From: Candidatus Kerfeldbacteria bacterium
GTDB lineage: Bacteria > Patescibacteriota > Patescibacteriia > SBBC01
Reading direction: 5' to 3'
Assembly (NCBI GenBank): GCA_043799405.1
Contig: JAZDNT010000003.1
Location: forward strand, 79,461-143,460
DNA length: 64,000 nt
The notes beneath the pieces are model-generated. The model was not told the origin of the DNA and did no database searches. It saw only the letters and a list, made by a program, of their open reading frames with translations. The position numbers and the translations under genes were made by a program. Shown here in pieces: positions 57,401 to 64,000 of this stretch. Each line of letters starts with the position of its first letter. Within the stretch, counting starts at the first letter, position 1.

Positions 57401-57484
57401 TGCGACAATAAGGAGAGGGCCGTCTCCATGTTGAATTGCCTTCTTCTGTTCGAGATTGACCGAAACAGGAACTGATCCCTGCAT
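54467..57484 (-). CDS. UvrD/PcrA-type helicase fused to a C-terminal PD-(D/E)XK (AddB/Cas4-like) nuclease with a Cys cluster
   Basis: 1005 aa. Walker A AGAGTGKTT, DEFQDTN, VGDDDQSIY, TVHGAKGLEF. The C-terminus has CPWQFRY ... CRYCDYRDIC. Confidence 0.88.
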   Translation of the reverse strand: MQGSVPVSVNLEQKKAIQHGDGPLLIVAGAGTGKTTVITQRIAWLILEKKVPTDGVLALTFTDKAATEMEERVDRLLPYGYVNLWISTFHAFCERILREHALDIGVSSDFKLLSQTEQWLLIRRNFDRFDLDYYRPLGNPTRFIAALIKHFSRLEDEDISPEDYSSYARSLRLDRDEEKFTKKHDSEGTEEITEAQRIDEVARAYATYRQLLLDEGNLDFGTLITTTIALFKKRPAILEKYREQFRYILVDEFQDTNWAQYELIKLLGHPRNNVTVVGDDDQSIYKFRGASVSNIIEFRDDYPTCAQIVMTKNYRSRQNILDLAYQFIQRNNPNRLEVALNVPKKGVRRRKKASVLKPVSKRLRSSDRQDGTIAFLNGATQEEEARMVVERIVEHTRKQSVEWREFAILVRANDQAEQFMHALDLAGVPYQFMASKGLYRTPDVLDLVSYLKLLDNYHESPALYRVMNLPSFSIKPDDIVELNAYSRRKGILLYQTLVQHRAVPNLAPATRKGIDELLRMISTGTTYAKNHKVTEVLLEFLKKAGVLSELGKRETVHVLERIAMIRRFLDDITAFEQRHLNATVHEFLEYHQLRLDSGDAGSLAGTSEPDVDAVRIMTVHGAKGLEFSYVFIVQLVDRRFPTTERKEPIDIPEPLIREIIPEGDVHLQEERRLLYVAMTRAKLGLYFTAAEDYGGSRAKRPSRFLYELGFVQEEPKRKHARLAMLERPERKPLGASDIRFTGMKYSFSALRSYEKCPWQFRYAYVLRVPVGGNSLLSYGESMHTTLQRFFQLANDRATARQGGLFGEKERSGTDKQLVTLDELLKLYEESFISDWYENEAQREQFRKRGVAALKQFYEKHAAKLPTVIGLEQGFNLKLGRYTIAGKIDRIDLVAADPATKRNRVRIVDYKSGRSREMEREDKYQLFMYALAVKDPNIYNAEVEKLTYYFLDDGVEADVAYSEKDLETTKGWITSAVEAISAGRFEPTPGMACRYCDYRDICEYRE

Positions 57485-57599
57485 AACCGTATTGTACCAT
57501 GAGAAAGCCTTTCGTATGTTTTTCAGCGCACTATGTTCCGTTCTGTTATAGGGGTATACTGACTGTGTGGAAAACTACGTATCCTTAACTGGGGGACAT

Positions 57600-58748
57600 A
57601 TGAAAAAAGTAGTCGGAACGATTCTGTCGGTCGTTGTTGGGCTTTGTGCATACACAACGGTCGAGGCGAGCATTGTCATGTCGACCGATATCAGCGCACC
57701 CGGAGGTCTGACGCCATCCACGTTCTCGGAGCTCAAGGGGACAACGTTTACCGACCTCAACATGAGCATGATGGATTTCACGAGTAACCTTGTATTCAAA
57801 CGCGGGAATGCGCTCATCTACACGAGCAGCGAAGGAATCGTGAAGCAGACGATCGGCGCATCAACCGTATCAGTCCTTAAAAAGGCATCGAGCGTCTACC
57901 TCGTCAACACCCGCGGTCCTCAGCTCGTTATTTCTAACAATGCAACGACGAAGAACACCGGATCGTACATCTACAACGTGGACGCAAAGAAATCAAAGTT
58001 ATTCACGCTAAAGGTCACCGATGTTATTCAAGCTCGGTTCTCGCCGAACGGTAAGTGGGTTGCTCTGCTTGGAAAGAACGCAAAGGGAAAGTCGCGTCTC
58101 TTCGTATCGACGACCAGCATCGAGAAGCTCCGCGAATACCAGCTCCCGAAAGGCACGACGAAGTGCGTCTCAATGGCAATCTCGCCTGACAGCGCAACAC
58201 TAGCGCTCGTCTGCGAGAAAAAGTACGAGAACGGTTCTGCATCGAACGGGATCACGCTCAGGAAGTTCAGCGCGAACGTCCTCGAAAAAGAGCAGCAGTA
58301 CATGGATACAAGCTTTACGATCTACGACATCGTCTGGAAGGATAAGAGCACGATCGTCGGGCTCGGATTCGGTCCTGCCGCGACTGGATCAGGCAGCGGG
58401 CGTATTCCGTTCTCCAGTCTCTCAGTAAAAGCGCTCGAGAATTCACCGTTTGCTATCGGGCTTCATAAGTACACCGTAAAGAACGGAAAGGTATCTAAGA
58501 GCACCGCCTATCCCTTCATCACGTCGGATATAGTCGATCCCTCCAATTACATCGTGCCTATGCAGCTCTTCTTGAGCTCAAAGAACGTTGTTGACTACTC
58601 GGCACTCAACTTTACTGCGACTGACGGTGAGGCAGGCGAGGTCAGCTCATACCTCAGCAGGTACAACCTCTCAACTCAGCAGCAGTCCGTGCTTCTCAAG
58701 AATGAAAAGGTCAACTTCTTTTCTGAGTATCAGCTTGTATCATCATAG
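57600..58748 (+). CDS. secreted protein with PD40/TolB-like repeats
   Basis: 382 aa from ATG 57600. Signal peptide MKKVVGTILSVVVGLCAYTTVEA. Motifs RFSPNGKWVALL and AISPDSATLALV. Confidence 0.6.
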   Translation: MKKVVGTILSVVVGLCAYTTVEASIVMSTDISAPGGLTPSTFSELKGTTFTDLNMSMMDFTSNLVFKRGNALIYTSSEGIVKQTIGASTVSVLKKASSVYLVNTRGPQLVISNNATTKNTGSYIYNVDAKKSKLFTLKVTDVIQARFSPNGKWVALLGKNAKGKSRLFVSTTSIEKLREYQLPKGTTKCVSMAISPDSATLALVCEKKYENGSASNGITLRKFSANVLEKEQQYMDTSFTIYDIVWKDKSTIVGLGFGPAATGSGSGRIPFSSLSVKALENSPFAIGLHKYTVKNGKVSKSTAYPFITSDIVDPSNYIVPMQLFLSSKNVVDYSALNFTATDGEAGEVSSYLSRYNLSTQQQSVLLKNEKVNFFSEYQLVSS

Positions 58749-58822
58749 GTCGAAAGAGCGCTTCTAAAAAACGTGTACTCGATTAGTAACGTACAACGCT
58801 CTATCATTGGATTCGTGCGCAC

Positions 58823-59467
58823 ATGAAAAAATGGCTGACCATTACCGCCGCCCTCGTTACGATCACGCTCATCGGTGCTGCGTGTCAGAAGAACACCAAG
58901 AACGAGAACAGTGTTCCTGCTGATGAAAACGCAGGTGTCGTTGAAGAGAACGTTAATCTTGACGAAGGCGACGGGACGGCAGTAAGGGAAAATGTGAATG
59001 CCTTTCCCAGTGACAACAGCAATGGCAATAAGAACGTGAACGCCCGGAACAGTAACGAGAACGTGAACGTTCCGGTGAACTACGGGGCGATCACCGTTGA
59101 GCAGCCGAAGAAAGACGACAACCTAACGTCTCCGTTCACTGTCAAGGGTACTGCGCAGGGCTCGACCGTATTCGTGCGCGTTAAGAACGCCGCTGGCGAC
59201 ACAATGTTCACCGAACCGGTCCAGGTCCGTACGAACGCCTTTTCCATATCCCTCACCTTCGATGTGTCGCACTCAACGACCGGAACCATCGAGGTGTTCG
59301 ACAAGGATGCATCGGGTAACGCGCAAAATCTCACGGTAATACCGGTGAGCTTTGTTGTCGGAACCGCCGACGTAAACCTCAATACGAACACAAACATCAA
59401 TGAGAACACGAACGGAAATTCAAATGAGAACGAGAACCTGAACGAAAATACGAACGTCGGTTTCTAA
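58823..59467 (+). CDS. lipoprotein with Ig-like (Gmad2-type) domain and N-rich low-complexity tails
   Basis: 214 aa. Lipobox LIGAACQ. Core ITVEQPKKDDNLTSPFTVKGTAQGSTVFVRVKNAAGD. Confidence 0.6.
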   Translation: MKKWLTITAALVTITLIGAACQKNTKNENSVPADENAGVVEENVNLDEGDGTAVRENVNAFPSDNSNGNKNVNARNSNENVNVPVNYGAITVEQPKKDDNLTSPFTVKGTAQGSTVFVRVKNAAGDTMFTEPVQVRTNAFSISLTFDVSHSTTGTIEVFDKDASGNAQNLTVIPVSFVVGTADVNLNTNTNINENTNGNSNENENLNENTNVGF

Positions 59468-59482
59468 CAACGCTAAACGTTG

Positions 59483-59515
59483 AACGTGGCGCGTCAACGT
59501 GCCACGTTTTGTTTT
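59483..59515 (+). terminator. intrinsic terminator
   Basis: AACGTGGC gcgtcaacgt GCCACGTT followed by TTTTGTTTT. It overlaps the 3' end of the convergent gene. Confidence 0.6.
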
Positions 59516-60117
59516 CGTGATCCCTCCTTTCCCCAGGCAACTATCAGCGCGTGGAATTCTTGGTAGAGCTTTACGTTCCTTCGTAACCGCTTCTCAAAAA
59601 ATACGCGGTACTCATCGTAATCGCCGAACGTGATCCCCTTCTCCGCAAGAAAACGTTTTGTATATGCGTCAACAACGAAGATCGGCTTGTTGCCGGCATA
59701 GAGCAGCATCGAATCTGCCGTTTCCTTTCCAATGCCGTGTACCGCAAGAAGCTGTTCTCGCAAAGCCATTGCGGGCTGTTTGAACATCTTCCTGAAGCTG
59801 CCGCCGTACTCTGCTGCCACAAACGTCAGGAACGCCTGCAGTTTCAACGCCTTCTGATTGTAGTATCCCGACGGGCGAATCAGCTGTGCGAGCCGTTTCC
59901 GTGGCATGGTTAGCAACATCTTGTACGAAAAGGCCTTCGCGCTGCGAAGATTGTCCAATGCCTTCTTCACGTTCTGCCAGCTCGTGTTCTGCGTCAGGAT
60001 CGCACCTACGCAAATCTCGAGCGCCGCCGCTTCGTAGCCCTTCGGCCCGTCGACCGGCCACCAGTGCTGCGGGCCGTAACGGCGCCTGAGTGCCATGTAC
60101 TCACGCCGAGGGTCCAT
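59494..60117 (-). CDS. endonuclease III-like HhH-GPD DNA glycosylase (no Fe-S cluster motif)
   Basis: 207 aa. ILTQNTSWQNVKKALDNL. HhH motif LLAVHGIGKETADSMLLY. Confidence 0.85.
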   Translation of the reverse strand: MDPRREYMALRRRYGPQHWWPVDGPKGYEAAALEICVGAILTQNTSWQNVKKALDNLRSAKAFSYKMLLTMPRKRLAQLIRPSGYYNQKALKLQAFLTFVAAEYGGSFRKMFKQPAMALREQLLAVHGIGKETADSMLLYAGNKPIFVVDAYTKRFLAEKGITFGDYDEYRVFFEKRLRRNVKLYQEFHALIVAWGKEGSRKQNVAR

Positions 60118-60128
60118 ATACGAACCGT

Positions 60129-60551
60129 CTATACAATCTTCTCGAAATCGACCTTCCCTTCATCATCGATCCGCGCCAGCACCTTCGTTACCGAAATATC
60201 TCCAAGCTGGTTTATGATCACGTCTTTCGCGATCTCGAGGTCACCGACGTGACGGTTCCGTTCCTCATCTGCGTTCGCGAAAGATTTCGCACCGCCGTAT
60301 GCTCCGCAGTCGAGGTGGTTCACGATGATGATCTGCGTAATGCCGTGAAGCTTCTTTGATGTTGCCAGTTGGTGGAGTACGAATTCTGCGTCATTACCAC
60401 CTGTCGGATCAGCAAGGTTCTTCCCAGCTCCGGCGACACTGACGTCATCGTAGTCGTTCGCGAGCCCAAGGGATTCGAGGAACGATCGCGTCGGGGCAAC
60501 GAACCGGAAATCCATGCAGTGAATGACGAGGGTTGAACAGGTATGTTTCAT
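60129..60551 (-). CDS. small beta-carbonic-anhydrase-like (Cab-type) protein
   Basis: 140 aa from ATG 60551. Zinc-ligand pattern HCMDFRF (CxDxR) and NHLDCGAYGG (HxxCG), with AGAGKN between them. Confidence 0.6.
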   Translation of the reverse strand: MKHTCSTLVIHCMDFRFVAPTRSFLESLGLANDYDDVSVAGAGKNLADPTGGNDAEFVLHQLATSKKLHGITQIIIVNHLDCGAYGGAKSFANADEERNRHVGDLEIAKDVIINQLGDISVTKVLARIDDEGKVDFEKIV

Positions 60552-60643
60552 AGGCCGCAAGCATAACAAATTATGTATATGATGTGAAGCTACCCCGGTT
60601 GTCAAAGGACTTCCGGGGCACGGCTTCAGAACGGTTGTGGTGA

Positions 60644-61288
60644 TCAGTGGACAACTTGGGTCTCGCGGTTGCGCTCGGCCTTGAACTGCCGGACGAGGTC
60701 CTCCATCGTATCCGAGCTGAAGTTGAAGGTGAACGCCGTGGCGTCTGGGTGGTCGAGGACGAGCGGGTGGTCACTGCCAAGCACATCGGCAGGATGGTCG
60801 AGGTAGAACAGGAGGACCACCTCGCGGTCCGGGAACACCTCCTTGAGGAAGCGCTTCGCGTAGACGGCCGACTGACAGACCTGCGACGCCATGAGGTTGT
60901 GCTTGTCCGCCATACCGCAGACATAGTCGAAGTACAGCACGATGCGCTTGATGCGCCGGTTGAGCTTCGCCTCCTTGGCCTCGATCGCACCCTTGATCTG
61001 GGCGACGACGTACGGCACGAAGTTCATGGCCTCGTTGACCGGGCAGCAGGAGTCAAGCAGCAGACCGCCGCCGTTCGCCATGATGAGCTGGGAGCGCTCC
61101 GAGAGCTTACCCCAGCAGTGGGTGAGGCGGTCGTGGGCCTGGTGCATGTCGCCGCAGGCAACGACGATCGCGGGATCGCATTCCTCCTCGGTCTCGTGCC
61201 AGACGTCGACCGCGCGGAACACGCCGATGTCGACGGCTCTCCGGATAAACAGAACGCTCTCTTCGCGGACTTCGGGGCTCATTGACAT
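60644..61288 (-). CDS. hypothetical protein, remote degenerate paralog of the beta-CA-like neighbour (tentative)
   Basis: 214 aa. Strongly GC3-biased codons in this frame. VVACGDMH ... MANGGGLLL ... IVLYFDYVCGMA parallels the neighbour's motif order. The mirror plus-strand ORF is a shadow. Confidence 0.6.
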   Translation of the reverse strand: MSMSPEVREESVLFIRRAVDIGVFRAVDVWHETEEECDPAIVVACGDMHQAHDRLTHCWGKLSERSQLIMANGGGLLLDSCCPVNEAMNFVPYVVAQIKGAIEAKEAKLNRRIKRIVLYFDYVCGMADKHNLMASQVCQSAVYAKRFLKEVFPDREVVLLFYLDHPADVLGSDHPLVLDHPDATAFTFNFSSDTMEDLVRQFKAERNRETQVVH

Positions 61289-61605
61289 CCTATGTCTCTC
61301 CCCTACCTGGGTTTGAGGCGGACGGTGACGGCGTTGTCACCGCGGTGTACGTAAAACCGTTATGAAGAAACGAACGGAAAAAATAAAGTATCAGATAGTT
61401 TAATACATGTCAATACCAATTTTCGATTTTTTGGCTGATGTAAAGCATTTTTTACAGATACAAAAAGATTCAGCATTCAATATGCATCTGAAACTAAGAT
61501 CTATAACGGACTATTCTCCGTCTTTCCTGATCCCCTCTTGCATTATTCCGACGTGCCCGCGGTGCCTGTATTTCCGGACGACCTCAAGCCGGATCCACTG
61601 CGATC

Positions 61606-64000
61606 TTATAAGCTAATCTTCGTTTTGTTTATCTTCTTGTCTTCGACGAACTTGTTCTTTACGAGATCAAGCTTCCACACCTTGATAGTCGTCTTATCCC
61701 CCTGCTTCATGGTCACTAATCCATACTGGATTTTATAGAGTTTCTTGAAACTGACCAGGATAGTACCGGCCTTGGCAGTCGCCACTACACTGTTGCGTGC
61801 AGTGAGCTTTGCGGCAGTCACTTCATAGGTTTTTACGACGGTACCCGTTTTCAGCATCCCGACGGCTAGATACACCTTCTTATTACTTTCGACAACGGCG
61901 GTGGCGTTCAGTCCGCTGGTGGAAAATCCTCCGTACGGTTTATATGCTTTCAGGAGTTTGCCGTCAGCTTTGAATACTCTGATTTGACCCTTCTTGTATG
62001 CCGCGGAGTTTAAGAAAACATAGATCTTGCCATCGGGTCCGAAATCAATGCTCCTGGCCCAAACGGCTCCCTTGTAGTCGGTCCCAAAGGGACTGATCTT
62101 GATAGTTTTTCCGTTCAACTTGTAGGAGTAGACGCCCTTCGTGAGTTTGATTGTTTTGATGGTCGGAGCTGACTTATCAATGTTAGTGATCGTCACGGTG
62201 GAGGTAGTGCTGTTACCAGCCGCGTCGGTAGCCACGAAGTCGAAGGAACCGTTGGCCGTGAACGTATGGCTTGCTGCGTTCAGCGTGCCTTCGTTTGTAG
62301 TAGCGGTGACGGTAATATCTGATCTGGTCGCGGCGGTCGTATAGGGAGCGATGGTGATTACCGGAGGGGTCTTATCAATGTTAGTGATCGTCACGGTGGA
62401 GGTAGTGCTGTTACCAGCCGCGTCGGTAGCCACGAAGTCGAACGAGCCATTGACCGTGAACGTATGGCTTGCTGCGTTCAGCGTGCCTTCGTTTGTAGTA
62501 GCGGTGACGGTAATGTCCTGATTGGTTGGTGTCGTGGTGTAGGAGGCAATGGTGACGACTGGCGCGGTCTTATCGATGTTGCTGACGGTGGCAGTGGCTG
62601 TTCCCGCATTACCCGCCAGGTCGGTGAAGGTAAAGCCAAAACTTCCGTTGGCGGTGAAGGTATAGGAGGCGCTACCGCCATTGTTGGATACGATGATGCT
62701 TTCGCTCGGGGCTAGGGTGGCGGTCACGTTCTGATTGGTCGGCGCCGTGGTCGAATAATTCAATGTGGCGGTTGGGGCAGTGACATCGACATTGCTGAGG
62801 CTATTGAAGGCGTTGATCCGGCCGCCGGTTACGACTTTTCCAGCCAGACCCGCCTTGGTGTCAACGTTGTTCAGTATGGTATTTTTGATACCTAAATAGG
62901 TGAAGGTGGCTTTATATGATTTCAACAGCGCTGCCAAACCGGCCACCTGCGGGGAGGCCATGGACGTACCTTGTAAATAGGTATAGCCCTCACGGGTGTC
63001 GAGGACCTTCACGTCATTAAGAAAGAACGGGTAACTACCGCCCGAACTGTTCGTGTGCCAAAGGAAACGAACGCGCATGCCAGCTGACGCATAGGCACTG
63101 ATATCAACCGAAATGGTACCGGCCTGCTCGGTTATGATCGAACCGTAATTGCACAGGCGGCCGATCTCCGTCCAGGTCGATCCATTGTCAAGATCCACAC
63201 CAAGGTAATCATACTCACAGTTCGCGGTGGGCGACGTTTCGGTCCAGAAGTCATAGGTAAATTTCAAAATGATTGCCGGCCGACCAGACGTATCGATGAC
63301 GCTCGAGGTAATGTAGGTGTCGATATTGTTGCCTGGGAAACCGTACGTTGACTCGGCCCACTTGTCACCGGCGACATCAGTAATTATCCAACCATCCGGA
63401 GGCGAGTCGCCGCTCTGGGTAAAGCTCGTGCCGGTAAAATCGTAACCGTAAATCGTCGGATTTGAGGCTCCATCGAACGACTCAACCAATGCCTGCCCAG
63501 GGTAGGTGCTGTAAATATTGACACCCGGCGCGGCCACATCGACCGAAGTCGTGCCGTAATTAGAAAAACTCGCGAGTGCGTCAGTTTGACCCGATGCCGC
63601 TACGCAGAGGATGTTGTCGAGGCCGTAGTCGCAGGGATAATGGTGCGTGCCGCCGTCGTTGTTATAGCCGTCGTTGCCGGATGCCACGACGACGAGCACA
63701 CCGGCTGTACGTGCGATGTTGATGGCATCATAGAGCGTCTGGCTGTACGCCGTGCCGCCGAGGCTCATATTAATAACCTGCGCTCCATTCTGAACGGCAT
63801 AGGTAACCCCCGCGGCGATGTTTTCATTCGTTCCAGAGCCGTTGGCGTTAAGCACGCGGACCGGCATGATTTTTGGGTTCCAGGCAACTCCGGTCACTCC
63901 CTGAGAGTTGTTCCCGATGGCGCCGATCGTGCCAGCCACATGCGTACCGTGACCGTTCAGATCGTATGGCGACGTGTCGCTATCAACAAAATCATAACCG
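61606..64000 (-). CDS. S8 subtilisin-like serine protease with C-terminal Ig-like repeats (5' end outside the window)
   Basis: The frame is open to the window edge. HGTHVAGTIGA spans 63939 and GTSMASPQVAGLAALL is present. Followed by 3 repeats of about 66 aa and a beta-rich tail. Confidence 0.9.
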   Translation of the reverse strand, partial: GYDFVDSDTSPYDLNGHGTHVAGTIGAIGNNSQGVTGVAWNPKIMPVRVLNANGSGTNENIAAGVTYAVQNGAQVINMSLGGTAYSQTLYDAINIARTAGVLVVVASGNDGYNNDGGTHHYPCDYGLDNILCVAASGQTDALASFSNYGTTSVDVAAPGVNIYSTYPGQALVESFDGASNPTIYGYDFTGTSFTQSGDSPPDGWIITDVAGDKWAESTYGFPGNNIDTYITSSVIDTSGRPAIILKFTYDFWTETSPTANCEYDYLGVDLDNGSTWTEIGRLCNYGSIITEQAGTISVDISAYASAGMRVRFLWHTNSSGGSYPFFLNDVKVLDTREGYTYLQGTSMASPQVAGLAALLKSYKATFTYLGIKNTILNNVDTKAGLAGKVVTGGRINAFNSLSNVDVTAPTATLNYSTTAPTNQNVTATLAPSESIIVSNNGGSASYTFTANGSFGFTFTDLAGNAGTATATVSNIDKTAPVVTIASYTTTPTNQDITVTATTNEGTLNAASHTFTVNGSFDFVATDAAGNSTTSTVTITNIDKTPPVITIAPYTTAATRSDITVTATTNEGTLNAASHTFTANGSFDFVATDAAGNSTTSTVTITNIDKSAPTIKTIKLTKGVYSYKLNGKTIKISPFGTDYKGAVWARSIDFGPDGKIYVFLNSAAYKKGQIRVFKADGKLLKAYKPYGGFSTSGLNATAVVESNKKVYLAVGMLKTGTVVKTYEVTAAKLTARNSVVATAKAGTILVSFKKLYKIQYGLVTMKQGDKTTIKVWKLDLVKNKFVEDKKINKTKISL
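62173..62775 (-). repeat. tandem 198-bp coding repeats (two near-identical, one diverged)
   Basis: Copies start at 62173, 62371 and 62569. The first about 70 nt of copies 1 and 2 are identical (cttatcaatgttagtgatcgtcacggtggaggtagtgctgttaccagccgcgtcggtagccacgaagtcgaa). Confidence 0.9.

Noticed and set aside
60647-61285. 212-aa plus-strand ORF, with a third overlapping ORF at 60571-60990.
   Set aside because: The minus-strand frame 60644-61288 shows G/C-ending codons and a balanced amino-acid composition. The plus-strand product is a typical R/V/L/D/E/H antisense shadow.
62173-62775. Regularly spaced repeats, considered as a possible CRISPR array.
   Set aside because: The 198-bp period lies in frame inside the S8 protease ORF and encodes Ig-like modules. 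There is no short repeat/spacer organisation.

Overview
This 64-kb window looks like a reduced, Patescibacteria/CPR-like bacterial chromosome; that placement is inference. Genes are densely packed, mostly on the minus strand, in the standard genetic code, with many N-terminally anchored hypothetical surface proteins. I found no rRNA, tRNA, CRISPR array, integrase or transposase.

Secure housekeeping calls:
- dnaE, thrS, miaA, csrA and gatB
- a tightly coupled dTTP block: dcd, a P-loop kinase, tmk, thyX and tdk
- secE-nusG-rplK ... rplA
- an ABC-2 exporter with a MarR regulator
- gyrB and pheS/pheT
- a UvrD-type helicase fused to a nuclease
- a histidine kinase with a response regulator
- a partial S8 protease

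Main hunt result: accessory cassettes sit immediately downstream of conserved genes, and a displaced, decayed copy of that gene's 3' end lies on the far side of the cassette.
- rplK: clear. A 41-nt remnant brackets the 736-aa tail-fibre-like gene that splits the L11-L1 operon.
- gyrB: clear. A 139-nt remnant with an intact C-terminal reading frame brackets a 1.4-kb three-gene cassette.
- HAD hydrolase: tentative. A possible remnant brackets a GC-rich island encoding a Mu Gam-like protein.

Other points of interest:
- a three-way GC mosaic, including a histidine kinase whose 5' and 3' parts differ by about 30 GC points
- an apparently circularly permuted DsbA-like protein
- two secreted proteins (one an M23 peptidase) that share an N-terminal module and a conserved leader
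- a heptad-periodic TTGAC/GTCAA inverted array before rplK
- a structured leader before rplA
- a divergent pair of beta-carbonic-anhydrase-like genes

All identities and GC values are hand counts from the sequence. No database search was run.
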